This document shows positions 27,340-37,051 of a stretch of 64,000 nt of DNA, one piece after another (position 1 is the first letter of the stretch; each line of letters opens with the position of its first letter). Position numbers and translations under genes: made by a program. The notes under the pieces are model-generated. The model saw only the letters and a program-made list of their open reading frames with translations, was not told where the DNA came from and ran no database searches. This DNA comes from Elusimicrobiota bacterium (GTDB lineage Bacteria; Elusimicrobiota; Elusimicrobia; UBA1565; UBA9628), in assembly GCA_016182905.1 (NCBI GenBank), contig JACPFR010000005.1:12185-76184 (forward strand). Direction: 5' to 3'.

Positions 27340-29484
27340 TTAGAAGTCCAACTGCGCCGATAACCTGTACGTCCGCGGCGCGCCGAGATGGAGGTAGCCG
27401 TCCCCGAAGTACTCTCCGACGTCTTTCCAATAGACCGCGTCGAGGACGTTTTCCACTCGGAAGCGCCAGGTGACGCGGCTCGGGCCGACGGCCAGGGCGT
27501 AGCGGGCGCCCAGATCGAACCGATTGTAAGCGGGAACCGACAGTGAGTTGTCGCGCGAGGCGTATTTCTCCGAGACGCGCGCCCAGGTGCCGTTGAGGGA
27601 AGCGCCGGGAAGACGGGAGATGCTCCACTCGAGCGTCGCTTGACCGCGCAGCCAGGGGACGTTGAGCGGGGCCCTGCCGTCGAAGGCTGACACGCCCGTG
27701 CCGCTCTGCCGGGCGTGGATCAACGTCGCGCCGGCGAATACGCGGAGGTCGTCGGTGACGCGTCCGGCGGCCGAAAACTCCAGGCCGCTGTGCTTGACGG
27801 TCCCCCGTTGGACGAAGACGTTGCCGGGATCGACGAACTCGTAAGGCTTCCAGATGTGGAACGCCGCCGCCGCGACCAGAAGCCGCTTGGACATGTCGCG
27901 CTTGACGCCCAGCTCGACCTGACGGGTGACCTTGGGATCCAGGGTCCGGCCGGCGTTGGCGGTCGTGACGCCCGCGGTGCCGCCGAGCTCGAGGCCTTGG
28001 CTGTAGGAGGCATAGCCCATCAGGTCGGATCGCGGCATGAAGGCAAGCGCGACCTGCGGCGAAAGAAACGATCGCCGATAACGCGAGACGGGAGCTCCGT
28101 CCACCTTGCTGAAGCGGTCGTCGACGAGGATGCCGGCACGCAGCCCGGCATGGACCTTCCACCGGGAAGAAAGGGAGATCGAATCCCGGGCGAAGGCGGC
28201 GGACTCGGCGTAGTCCTGGACCCGGTGGACGACGCCCGTCCCCCGCGCCGAGGGCGCGAAGACCAGCGGGCTCGGGCTGTAGATGTTGTCGGTGCCGACG
28301 TAGTCGTAGACCTCGGCGCCCAGATTCACCGCGCGCTCGAAGCGCGAGAGGCCGACCGCGGCCTCGTGCCGCACGGACCCCCATTCGCGGTCGCCGCTCA
28401 AGACCGCCTGGGCGTGGGTCGCGGCGCGGACCTCACCCGAGCTGCGATAGTCGTAGAGGTCGTAATCGCCGTTGCCGCAGAATGTGGCGAGGTAGACGGG
28501 ACCGCTTGAGCAGCCGTAGGGGAAGGCGGCCTTGTCCTCGGAGGCGACGCGGTTTCGGTTGACCGCCGCCTCGAAGCGCCAGTCCGTGTCGGCTCCATAG
28601 GCGAAGCGCGCGCCCATATTATGGGCCTCGACGGCGACCGGCCCGCTCCAGGGCTGATTGTTGAGCATCTTCTCCGGCCGGACGCCGGGCGGCAGAGCGG
28701 TCCCGCCCAGCGGCTGGTAGCCGGGGACGGACAACTGGCTTTTCTTCTGCCAATCCGCGTCGATTCCAAAAACCGCGTTTTCGCTTAGTCGCCAGTCCAG
28801 CGCCGCGCTCAAAAAGTCGCGATGTCCGACCGCTTCCTTGACGTAAGGATGAAACTCCTCACGCGCCGCGTTGACGCGCCAGCCGAAGCGGCCGAAGCGG
28901 CCTCCCAGGTCCGCATGGCCGTAGCGGGTTCCGCGGTCACTCATTTCCAAGGTGACGCGGCGCAGGGGCGCTTCCGTCGGCTGCTTGGTGATGTAATTCA
29001 CCACTCCGCCCGGGGCCGCCAGTCCCGCCTCGAAGCCGGCGACGCCCTTCAATATCTCGATCCGCTCCTTGTTCTCCAGGGGCATGCTCGACTCGTTGGC
29101 GATCGTCAGGCCGTCGCGCTTGTAGCCGCTGGCGTTATCGAGGGCGAAGCCGCGTATCGAGAGGCTCTCGTAATAGCCGAGGGGAGCGTAGTTCTCGCCC
29201 ACGGAAGCATCGTTTCCGATCAGGCCCAGGACGCCGCGCGCGCCCTGGTCGTCGATGAGCCCTCGCGGGAAGATGGTCGCCGAAGCGGGCGTCTCGAGGA
29301 GCGACCGTCCAGTGAGGCCGAGCCGGGTGAGCGTGGAGCCGTAGTCGTTGGGCTCGCGCGGCGCGGTGATGACGATCGGAGCGAGCGGTCCCGAGGCGGG
29401 CTGCGCCGCTAAGGCCAGCGACGCGGTGTTCAGGACATGGGAGAGACAAAGACAGAGGACGTATGATTTGGCGGTTTTTGACAT
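27340..29484 (-). CDS. TonB-dependent receptor
   Basis: Signal peptide. N-terminal plug region. C-terminal ...YRLSAQLDF barrel terminus. 714 aa. Confidence 0.85.
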   Translation of the reverse strand: MSKTAKSYVLCLCLSHVLNTASLALAAQPASGPLAPIVITAPREPNDYGSTLTRLGLTGRSLLETPASATIFPRGLIDDQGARGVLGLIGNDASVGENYAPLGYYESLSIRGFALDNASGYKRDGLTIANESSMPLENKERIEILKGVAGFEAGLAAPGGVVNYITKQPTEAPLRRVTLEMSDRGTRYGHADLGGRFGRFGWRVNAAREEFHPYVKEAVGHRDFLSAALDWRLSENAVFGIDADWQKKSQLSVPGYQPLGGTALPPGVRPEKMLNNQPWSGPVAVEAHNMGARFAYGADTDWRFEAAVNRNRVASEDKAAFPYGCSSGPVYLATFCGNGDYDLYDYRSSGEVRAATHAQAVLSGDREWGSVRHEAAVGLSRFERAVNLGAEVYDYVGTDNIYSPSPLVFAPSARGTGVVHRVQDYAESAAFARDSISLSSRWKVHAGLRAGILVDDRFSKVDGAPVSRYRRSFLSPQVALAFMPRSDLMGYASYSQGLELGGTAGVTTANAGRTLDPKVTRQVELGVKRDMSKRLLVAAAAFHIWKPYEFVDPGNVFVQRGTVKHSGLEFSAAGRVTDDLRVFAGATLIHARQSGTGVSAFDGRAPLNVPWLRGQATLEWSISRLPGASLNGTWARVSEKYASRDNSLSVPAYNRFDLGARYALAVGPSRVTWRFRVENVLDAVYWKDVGEYFGDGYLHLGAPRTYRLSAQLDF

Positions 29485-29730
29485 CGTTCGCTCCTTTGGC
29501 CGGCGGCCAGGGGAACGAATAATGTGTCAGAGCGCTCTGTGCTTCCCTTCGCTGGCATTACCCAGATCAGGTTCAGAGGGTTTCTCTCACCCAAAGCTCG
29601 AAAGCTTTAGGACCCCTAGCATGGGAAAGTTTAGGTAATAGGCGGGGAGGTGTCCATGGGAATGTCCCGGGATGTAACGATTTCCAGACCGAGCGGACTC
29701 ATCGTTGACGCGATGAAGAAGGAGAACGCC

Positions 29731-30210
29731 ATGACAGAGCCGCAGAACGGACGCCCGCCGTTTCCGCCCTTCACCCGGGAAACCGCGGCGAGGAAGGTGC
29801 GCATGGCGGAGGACGGCTGGAACATGCGCGACCCGGAGCGAGTGTCGCTCGCTTACGCCGAGGACAGCGTCTGGCGCAACCGCGCCGAGTTCCTATCGGG
29901 GCGTAAGGAGATCGTGCAGTTCCTCCGGCGCAAGTGGTCCAAGGAGCTGGACTACCGCCTGATCAAGGAACTATGGACGTTCGACGGCGCGCGAATCGCG
30001 GTGCGCTTCGCCTACGAGTGGCACGACGGCGCGGGCGGCTGGTTCCGGTCCTACGGCAACGAGAACTGGGAATTCGACGCGGCGGGGCTGATGCGCCTGC
30101 GCCTCGCCAGCATCAACGACCTTCCGATCCCGGAGTCCGCGCGCAAGTACCGCTGGCCGCTCGGCCGGCGGCCGGACGATCACCCGGGGCTTTCGGAGCT
30201 CGGTCTCTGA
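29731..30210 (+). CDS. DUF1348 family (NTF2-like) protein
   Basis: Start [17 protein letters not shown] with AAGGAG RBS. DUF1348 consensus PFTRETA..KVR.AED.WN.RDPERV. Confidence 0.7.
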   Translation: MTEPQNGRPPFPPFTRETAARKVRMAEDGWNMRDPERVSLAYAEDSVWRNRAEFLSGRKEIVQFLRRKWSKELDYRLIKELWTFDGARIAVRFAYEWHDGAGGWFRSYGNENWEFDAAGLMRLRLASINDLPIPESARKYRWPLGRRPDDHPGLSELGL

Positions 30211-30770
30211 CGGGACTGTCGTATCAGCGAGCCGGCCGCTTTCTTCGCGGCCGAGGCGGAGCGGACGTCCCCGGTCATTGCCGCCCTGACGATGGCCCCG
30301 TCCGCCAGCAATAGGAGCTGGTCGGCCAACAGGCCGGGATCCCGGACTTTCGCCTCGTCCGATAATGCCCGCAGATAATCACGGAATCCCGTTTTGAACG
30401 CAGAGGCTGCCTTCGCCGCCGGGTTCGAGCGGTTCGAGATCTCCGCCGACGTGTTGATGAAGGGGCAGCCTCTGAACGTCGGCGTGCGGAACCACTCGCC
30501 CAAAGCGTCGAACACGGCCAGCAGCCGCGCACGCGGCTGAACCGAAGCTCCTTCCACGCGTTCCTTCAGCCAGGCCGACCACTCGCGGTTTATTCGTCCG
30601 AGAAACGCGACGACGAGGATCTCTTTCGATGGAAAGTGACGGTATAGGCTGGTCTTCGTCACCTCGGCCTCCGCGACGATCCGGTCCACGCCGACGCTGT
30701 TGACGCCGTGAGCGTAGAAAAGACGGGTGGCGGCGGCCAGGATTCTCTCCCGCGCTCCTCGTCCGTTCAT
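30180..30770 (-). CDS. TetR family transcriptional regulator
   Basis: N-terminal [44 protein letters not shown]. Confidence 0.85.
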   Translation of the reverse strand: MNGRGARERILAAATRLFYAHGVNSVGVDRIVAEAEVTKTSLYRHFPSKEILVVAFLGRINREWSAWLKERVEGASVQPRARLLAVFDALGEWFRTPTFRGCPFINTSAEISNRSNPAAKAASAFKTGFRDYLRALSDEAKVRDPGLLADQLLLLADGAIVRAAMTGDVRSASAAKKAAGSLIRQSRQRPSSESPG

Positions 30771-31417
30771 GTCCCTTCCGCCGGCCGGCGCAGCATGCCG
30801 GCGAATTTTTCACGCCACGGCGATGGCAGAGACTTCGCCGTCAACGCGCGCCTCAAGGTCTCGGCCGACGGCGTCTCCGACAGCATGAGCCGGAGGACTT
30901 CCGGCACGGGCAGGCGCGCCGGATCACGACTTATCGGCGCGACCTCGTCGCCGACGCTCAAGACACCCTCCTCGAGCACGCGGAAGTAGACGCCCCATCT
31001 CTCGCTGTCCAGGAACCGCTCGATGATCGAGTCGTCCTCGAACTTCATGCCGAGCTTATAGCACGGAAAGCGCGGCTGAACTGCCTCCAAGACCGCGCCG
31101 CCGATCCGGAAGCGGTCTCCGACGCACACCTCCTCCTCCGGGAAACCCTCGATCGTGAGATTCTCGCCGAAGGCCCCGAAGGGGAGGGTACGTCCGAGCT
31201 CCTTGCGCCACCACTCGTAGTGAGCGGCCGAATACGCGTAGACCGCCTTATACTCTCCGCCGTGGACGCGCAGGTCCGACTGCTTGTCTCCCTCGAGGTT
31301 CATGCGCCCGACCCGCACGGGTCCCTCGACGGGCTCTTTGAATATGCCCGTCTCGATCTCCCGCCCTTTCCAGCGGACCGTCCGGCCGAGCGAAACGTTG
31401 ACGGAGACGAGTTTCAT
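30767..31417 (-). CDS. MOSC domain-containing protein (YiiM-like)
   Basis: MOSC beta-barrel motifs GENLTIEG and PCYKLG. Confidence 0.75.
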   Translation of the reverse strand: MKLVSVNVSLGRTVRWKGREIETGIFKEPVEGPVRVGRMNLEGDKQSDLRVHGGEYKAVYAYSAAHYEWWRKELGRTLPFGAFGENLTIEGFPEEEVCVGDRFRIGGAVLEAVQPRFPCYKLGMKFEDDSIIERFLDSERWGVYFRVLEEGVLSVGDEVAPISRDPARLPVPEVLRLMLSETPSAETLRRALTAKSLPSPWREKFAGMLRRPAEGT

Positions 31418-31423
31418 GCCGTG

Positions 31424-31603
31424 TTAGCCCTCTTTGATGGCCGCTTTGAGCTTCTTGAGAATCTCGGGCGTGACCTCCTTGATCCCGTGGTCGGGCCCGG
31501 CATGGGCCGCGACCTTCTGCAGCAACTCCTGCTCGCTGTCCGCCTCCGCGGTGAACGAGCAGCCCGGAACCACGTCGGCGCAGCTGATCTTCTTCTTGCT
31601 CAT
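31424..31603 (-). CDS. DUF1059 family small protein
   Basis: Start MSKKKISCADVVPGC with AGGAGG RBS. 59 aa. Confidence 0.65.
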   Translation of the reverse strand: MSKKKISCADVVPGCSFTAEADSEQELLQKVAAHAGPDHGIKEVTPEILKKLKAAIKEG

Positions 31604-31760
31604 AACTCCTCCTGTCGCTTCTCTCGGGAGCATCGCCCCCGAGAGTATGTGTACAGGTCTGTCTATATGTTACACCCGATCGATGGAAATAAAAAGCCCT
31701 CAACGCTGAATGGCCTTCATCAGTGTAACGAACTCGAGATCGCGCGGACTCATAGGAGCC

Positions 31761-32153
31761 ATGAACGAAATGACGCGGGACCTCATGACTCAGATGAACG
31801 CGCTGCCGCTTTGGGTCCGTCTTTGGACGGCCTGGATGATGGCCGTGTTCTTCTCGTCCGCGTTTTTCTTCCGCCGGGAAGCGGAGGCTCGCGTCACGTT
31901 GGGGGCGTTTCTCCTTACTATGGGCGTCGCGATGGCGCTCTTCCAGGCGACGGGCACCGTGAAGATGATCGCCGCGGCGCACCTGCTCGTCTGGACGCCG
32001 CTGTTGGTTTATCTTGTCAGGGCGAGGTTGAATCGCGCGTCCGCCGGGGCCGGGAGTCCGTTGGCGGCCTGGCTCGGTCTGCTGATCGGCACGATCGGAA
32101 TCTCGCTCATGTTCGACGTGAGAGAAGTCGTCCTTTTTATGGGTGGGTCTTGA
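31761..32153 (+). CDS. Small integral membrane protein, unknown function
   Basis: AGGAG RBS before MNEMTRDL. Four predicted TM segments. Confidence 0.5.
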   Translation: MNEMTRDLMTQMNALPLWVRLWTAWMMAVFFSSAFFFRREAEARVTLGAFLLTMGVAMALFQATGTVKMIAAAHLLVWTPLLVYLVRARLNRASAGAGSPLAAWLGLLIGTIGISLMFDVREVVLFMGGS

Positions 32154-32194
32154 ATAATCGTTCCAGACCGGATATCCTCAAACAACGACGCCAT

Positions 32195-32776
32195 ATGCCC
32201 TGGGAAAAAAAATTCGATCGAGCCAAAGTCCTCGACAAGGCCATGCAGGCCTTTTGGAGCCGGGGCTATGAGGCGACTTCCATGCAGACGCTCGTGGAGC
32301 GGACGGGGATCAACCGCGGAAGCCTTTACGCCACCTACGGCGACAAGCGCGCGCTGTTCCTGGCTTCGCTTCATATGTACGACGACCGGATACGGCGCAA
32401 ACGCCTGGCCGCCCTCGAGTCATCCGCGCCGCCGCGGGAAGCCGTGCGGAGGCTTCTCCAGACCTTCGCGGAAGTCAAGTCCGCCGGCGAGGAGAATTGC
32501 GGCTGCTTCCTGACCAACACGGCGTTGGAACTCGCCGCGCACGACCCGGAGGCCGGGGCGATCGTCGCCAAGGCGCAGAAGGAGATCGAGGAATTCTTCG
32601 AGCGGATGATCCTCAAGGGACAGACTGAGGGGGACATCCCGGCCGGCGTGAACCCGAAGAAGACCGCTCGCGGTCTTCTCGCCGCTTTGATCGGGCTCGC
32701 GGTGCTGTCTCGCAGTCGTCCGGAGCGGGAACTGCTCAATGGCATCGTGGAGGAGGCCGTCGGGAGGCTCGGTTGA
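32195..32776 (+). CDS. TetR family transcriptional regulator
   Basis: Start MPWEKKFDRAKVLDKAMQAFWSRGYEATSM. Only the C-terminal part of the listed 518-aa ORF is real. Confidence 0.8.
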   Translation: MPWEKKFDRAKVLDKAMQAFWSRGYEATSMQTLVERTGINRGSLYATYGDKRALFLASLHMYDDRIRRKRLAALESSAPPREAVRRLLQTFAEVKSAGEENCGCFLTNTALELAAHDPEAGAIVAKAQKEIEEFFERMILKGQTEGDIPAGVNPKKTARGLLAALIGLAVLSRSRPERELLNGIVEEAVGRLG

Positions 32777-32852
32777 TTTTTTTTGATTTGTGTGGAACGA
32801 ATGTTCCAGACAAAAGATCCGCACGACAGTCGTTGAGACATGGAAAAATAGA

Positions 32853-33416
32853 ATGGAATACAAAACATACGCCGTCGAAGACGCGCCCGCGGGGTACAAG
32901 GAACTTCTGGTCGCCGCGAAGAAGAAGTACGGCTTCGTGCCGAACCTGCTCGGCAAGATGGCCGAGGCGCCGCCGCTGTTGAAGGCCTACATGACGCTCT
33001 CGGGGATATACGAGGAGTCCACCCTCGACGCGTCCGAGCGCCAGGTCGTGCTCCTGGCCGCGAGCCGGGTGAACGGGTGCGAGTACTGCGTCGCCGCGCA
33101 CACGGTGATCGCCTCGATGCAGAAGGTGCCGTCCGACGTCGTGGCCTCGGTCCGCACGGGCGGTCCCGTCGGCGACGGGCGGCACGAAGCCCTGCGCGCG
33201 TTCGCCGAGGCGGTCACGGAGTCGCGGGGCTGGCCGAGCGAGGAGCGGACGAAGGCGTTTCTCGCGGCGGGCTACGAGCGGCGCCAGGTCCTGGAGGTCG
33301 TCCTCGGCGTGGGCCTCAAGACGCTGTCGAACTACACCAACCACATCGCCGGAACGGGTTTGGACGCCGCCTTCAGCCAAGCGGCCTGGTCCAAGGAGGG
33401 CGCGGCATGCCATTAG
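32853..33416 (+). CDS. CMD/AhpD-like family protein
   Basis: Start MEYKTYAVEDAP. Motif GCEYCVAAH. Confidence 0.75.
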   Translation: MEYKTYAVEDAPAGYKELLVAAKKKYGFVPNLLGKMAEAPPLLKAYMTLSGIYEESTLDASERQVVLLAASRVNGCEYCVAAHTVIASMQKVPSDVVASVRTGGPVGDGRHEALRAFAEAVTESRGWPSEERTKAFLAAGYERRQVLEVVLGVGLKTLSNYTNHIAGTGLDAAFSQAAWSKEGAACH

Positions 33417-33622
33417 TCCAAATCAAGGGCGTCGGGGGCTACCTGACGCTGGCGCAGAAGCAGGAGATGATCCGCAAGGTGACGGACGCGGTGCTCTCGG
33501 TCGAGGGAGAGGGGCTGCGTCAGGTGACCTGGGTGACCATCGAGGATGTTCAGCCGGGCGCGTGGGGCGTCGGGGGCCAGCCGGTGACCGACGACGACCT
33601 TCGAACCATGGCCAGGGGCTAG
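33408..33622 (+). CDS. 4-oxalocrotonate tautomerase family protein
   Basis: MPLVQIKG Pro1 N-terminus. AAGGAGG RBS. Overlaps the CMD gene stop. Confidence 0.75.
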
Positions 33623-33722
33623 GCGACCGCGGGAAGGGGCGGCGTCCGCGCCGATGGGCGCCGCCCCGCGGGCCGGATGTCGGGATCGAGCGACTTTGGA
33701 AAAGGAATGGTAGAATCCGCGC

Positions 33723-34307
33723 ATGGCAACGACACCGGGCCGATCGAGCGTTGAGGACCTCCGCGCTCGCAAGCCGGAGGCGCTGACGGCCATGGTGAAT
33801 GAGAATCTCCCGACTTTGCTCGCCGGGGCGCTCGCCATCGGGTTGTCGCGCGCCGACGCGGAAGAGGTCGTCCAGGAGACTTTCGTCGCCTTCCTTTCGG
33901 GCCTGGATCGTTTCGAGGGGCGCTCGAGCCTGCGCACCTACCTGTTCGGCATCCTCTACCACAAAGCGTCCAACCTGCGCGCCAAGGCGCGGCGCGAGGA
34001 GGGGAGCGACGACATCGAGGCCGTCGTCGCCGCGCGTTTTGATGAGGCCGGAATGTGGTCTCGTCCGCCGCGCGGCCCGGAGGCCGCGGCGCTCGACGCC
34101 GAGACCCGGAGCTGGGTCGAGAAGTGCGCGGAGGGCCTCCCGGACGCGCAGCGGGCGGCCTTTTTCCTCAAAGAGGTCGAGGGCGAGACCTCGGAATCGG
34201 TCTGTAACGTTTTGGGCGTGAACCCGACCAACTTGCGAGTGATGCTCCATCGAGCCCGTCTGAAGCTGCGGGAATGCCTGGAGCGGAATTGGGAACAAGG
34301 CCGATGA
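33723..34307 (+). CDS. ECF sigma-70 factor
   Basis: Regions 2 and 4 (FVAFLSGLDRF...; NVLGVNPTNLRVMLHRARLKLRECL). Confidence 0.85.
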   Translation: MATTPGRSSVEDLRARKPEALTAMVNENLPTLLAGALAIGLSRADAEEVVQETFVAFLSGLDRFEGRSSLRTYLFGILYHKASNLRAKARREEGSDDIEAVVAARFDEAGMWSRPPRGPEAAALDAETRSWVEKCAEGLPDAQRAAFFLKEVEGETSESVCNVLGVNPTNLRVMLHRARLKLRECLERNWEQGR

Positions 34308-34564
34308 TGAAGCTCATGATGGCGTTCATGCCGAACTGCCGCGAGGTCGCCAAGACCTTATGCGGCGACGGCTTGGCGGCCGAGCCCTGGCATCGACGGC
34401 TGCTGATCCGCGTCCACCTGTCTCAGTGCGAGTTCTGCGCCCGCTTCGCCCGTCAGATGGATCGCATCTGCGAGGCTTTGAAGGAGGCTTGGTCCGAGCC
34501 TCAGGGCGGGGACGTCGAGGCGTTCAAGCGCCGCGTCATCGACCAACTGGGCCGCCGGCTGTAA
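34304..34564 (+). CDS. Soluble ZAS-type (RsrA-like) anti-sigma factor
   Basis: ATGA-coupled to the sigma gene. HLSQCEFC = HxxxCxxC ZAS motif, plus upstream Cys. No TM segment. Confidence 0.7.
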   Translation: MMKLMMAFMPNCREVAKTLCGDGLAAEPWHRRLLIRVHLSQCEFCARFARQMDRICEALKEAWSEPQGGDVEAFKRRVIDQLGRRL

Positions 34565-34593
34565 CGATCCCGCGTCCGGCGGGACTCACCTCT

Positions 34594-35532
34594 GTGGATA
34601 TCCGCTTCGCCGTGACGGCCGCGCTTTCGATGGCAGCCGTGTCCTGGGCCGAGCATGCGCCGCTCGACCCCTTCGCGGCTTTCCTGCCGCGCGGCGTCCG
34701 GGTCTCGGTGCCGCGCGAGGAGATCCGCGGCGGCGGCCCGCCAGTCGATGGGATCCCGGCGCTGGTCCGGCCGCGGAAGGCCTCCGTCGAGGAGTCCGAC
34801 CGCGCTCTTAAGGCCGACGACGCCGTGCTCGGCCTGGTCGTGAACGACGAGGCCGTCGCCTACCCGATCCGCCTGCTCGACTGGCACGAGCTGGTCGACG
34901 ACGAGGTGGGCGGCGTCCCGGTCGCCGTGACCTACTGCCCGCTCTGCCGCAGCGGCATCGTCTTCGACCGCCGGGTCGCGGGAGGCGTCCTGGAGTTCGG
35001 CGTGTCGGGCCTCCTCTACAACAGCGATCTCGTGATGTACGACCGGGGAACGCGCAGCCTCTGGTCTCAGATCATGGCCGAGGCGATCGCCGGCGGATCG
35101 ACGGGGACCAAGCTCGCGCGCCTGCCCGCGCGCCGGACGAGTTGGGCTCGCTGGAAGGCGGCGCGTCCGGACACTCGGACGGTCCTCTTCGACACGGGGC
35201 ACGCGCGGGACTACGGCAAGGATCCCTACGCGGGCTACGAAAAATCTCCGGAGCTCTATTTCCCCGTCGGTCACGAGGACTCCCGGCTTCCTCGAAAGAC
35301 GGTCGTCTTCGGCGTCTCCCTGCCCGAAGGGGCGGCGGCCGCGCCCGTCTCCGCGCTCGGCGGCGAGGGCGTGCGCCTCCGGATCGGGAAACGGCTGATC
35401 GTCATGCGCGACGACGGCGGGGCGCGCGCCTTCGACGAGGAGGGACGGGAGATCGCGGGCCTCGAGGCCTACTGGTTCGCGTGGGCCGCCTTTCATCCCC
35501 GGACTTCGCTGGCCGGCGCGGAGAAGCGGTGA
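34594..35532 (+). CDS. DUF3179 family protein (secreted)
   Basis: VAVTYCPLCRSGIVFDRRV and SGLLYNSDLVMYDRGTRSLWSQ are DUF3179 hallmarks. Proposed GTG start gives signal peptide VDIRFAVTAALSMAAVSWA; the start position is uncertain. Confidence 0.65.
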   Translation: MDIRFAVTAALSMAAVSWAEHAPLDPFAAFLPRGVRVSVPREEIRGGGPPVDGIPALVRPRKASVEESDRALKADDAVLGLVVNDEAVAYPIRLLDWHELVDDEVGGVPVAVTYCPLCRSGIVFDRRVAGGVLEFGVSGLLYNSDLVMYDRGTRSLWSQIMAEAIAGGSTGTKLARLPARRTSWARWKAARPDTRTVLFDTGHARDYGKDPYAGYEKSPELYFPVGHEDSRLPRKTVVFGVSLPEGAAAAPVSALGGEGVRLRIGKRLIVMRDDGGARAFDEEGREIAGLEAYWFAWAAFHPRTSLAGAEKR

Positions 35533-35762
35533 ACGGGGAGCTCCGCGAGGCGGCGGCCTATGCGGCGCGTCCCGCCGTCCTGCGACGGAGCGCGGCGATC
35601 GCGCTTTTCGTGGGCGTCGTCTTGTCGGCGGCGAACCAGGGCGACGTCGTGCTGCGCGGGCCGTGGACGGCGCGATTGTGCGCTAAAATCGCGTTCAATC
35701 TTCTCGTGCCCTTTGTCGTCTCATCCGCGAGCGCCGCGGCCAACAGGGAAAGACGCCGTTGA
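35529..35762 (+). CDS. Putative small 2-TM membrane protein
   Basis: GTGA overlap with the DUF3179 stop. Fills the gap before the TTG-start redoxin gene. Weak. Confidence 0.3.
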   Translation: MNGELREAAAYAARPAVLRRSAAIALFVGVVLSAANQGDVVLRGPWTARLCAKIAFNLLVPFVVSSASAAANRERRR

Positions 35763-36262
35763 AGATCCCGAACCTGCTCTGGAAGCTCCTCTGGCCCTTG
35801 CGGACGAGGCTCCATCCAGGCGCGGACATCGGCGGATGCTTTCCCGACTTCACCTTGCGCGACACTTTCGGGCGGGAGCATTCGCTCTACGCCGGCGGGA
35901 GGGAGAAGCACACGGTGCTGTGGCTCACGAACTTGTGCGGGGACTGCCGGGCGAAGATTCCCCTTCTGGAGGAAGTCAGGTCCGAGTCAGGCGGCCGTGT
36001 CCGCGTCCTGGCCGTCAGCCTCCTGGATCTCGACGACCCTTTGCCCATGACGGTATCGCTGGTCTGCGGTTTCCCGATACTTCTGGACCCCGACGACGTC
36101 GTCGCGCGCCGGCTCGGCCAAACGCATCCGCCGGGGGCCTGTCCCTTGCGCAATATCTACATCGTCGACGGAGCCGGAACCATCCGCTTCAAGCACCACT
36201 TGTCGGCGGTAAAGCCGGAGGAATTCCGCGCCGTTTGGAGAAAGTTGGGCGCGGCCCCGTAA
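35759..36262 (+). CDS. Redoxin/thioredoxin-fold thiol-disulfide oxidoreductase (TlpA-like)
   Basis: NLCGDC CxxC motif. Apparent TTG start overlapping the upstream stop. Confidence 0.6.
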   Translation: MKIPNLLWKLLWPLRTRLHPGADIGGCFPDFTLRDTFGREHSLYAGGREKHTVLWLTNLCGDCRAKIPLLEEVRSESGGRVRVLAVSLLDLDDPLPMTVSLVCGFPILLDPDDVVARRLGQTHPPGACPLRNIYIVDGAGTIRFKHHLSAVKPEEFRAVWRKLGAAP

Positions 36263-36304
36263 CAAAGCCGGCGCGAGACGGACTTACTATCAGGAGCATA
36301 TGAC

Positions 36305-37051
36305 ATGAACCGCTCGATCCTCATCGTTTCCCTGATCCTGTCGACGGGCGAAGTCTCTCGGGCCGCGGAGCCCGACGGAGCGCGAGCGCGATTGAACGCG
36401 ACGCTCGCGGCGCGGGTGCTCGAGGGCCGCGTCGACTACGCCGGCCTCAAGAAGGACTCGTCCGGCCTGGACGCCTGGCTCGCCGCCGCCGCCGCGGCCG
36501 ACGAGGACGAATTCAAGGGCCGGCCGCGAGATCAGCGGCTGGCCTTCCTGATCAACCTGTACAACGCCGCGACCCTGCGCCTCATACTGGACCGCTATCC
36601 GATCGCCTCCATCCGGGACATCGGACCGGCATGGGACCCGAACAAGGCCTGGAAGCTCCCGGCGGTGAAGGCGTTCGGGCGGACCGTCACGCTCAACCAG
36701 CTCGAGCACGAGATGATCCGCCCGGTCTATAACGAGCCGCGCGTCCATTTCGCGCTCGTTTGCGCGGCCAAGGGCTGCCCGCCCCTGCGCTCCGAGTCCT
36801 ACGACGGGACGCGGCTCGACGCGCAGCTCGACGATCAGGCCCGGACCTTCCTGTCTCAGAGGGCCAAGAACGACGCCAGCAAGGCGGGGGAGACGGCCTA
36901 TCTTTCCCCGATCTTCAAATGGTACATGAAGGACTTCGGCGGCTCGAAGAAAGCCGTCCTGAGATACGTGAAGAAGTGGCTGCCGGTCGAGGAAGGCTGG
37001 GCGGTCGATTGGACGGCGTACGATTGGGCGCTCAACGAGGATAAGAAATGA
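36305..37051 (+). CDS. DUF547 family protein
   Basis: Signal peptide. LINLYNA and HFALVCAAKGCPPL DUF547 motifs. Confidence 0.8.
   Translation: MNRSILIVSLILSTGEVSRAAEPDGARARLNATLAARVLEGRVDYAGLKKDSSGLDAWLAAAAAADEDEFKGRPRDQRLAFLINLYNAATLRLILDRYPIASIRDIGPAWDPNKAWKLPAVKAFGRTVTLNQLEHEMIRPVYNEPRVHFALVCAAKGCPPLRSESYDGTRLDAQLDDQARTFLSQRAKNDASKAGETAYLSPIFKWYMKDFGGSKKAVLRYVKKWLPVEEGWAVDWTAYDWALNEDKK

Noticed and set aside
31220-32194. N-terminal 325 codons of the listed 518-aa + strand ORF
   Set aside because: Overlaps the antisense of the MOSC/DUF1059 genes and the small membrane protein gene. Only the C-terminal TetR part from the ATG at 32195 has protein-like sequence.
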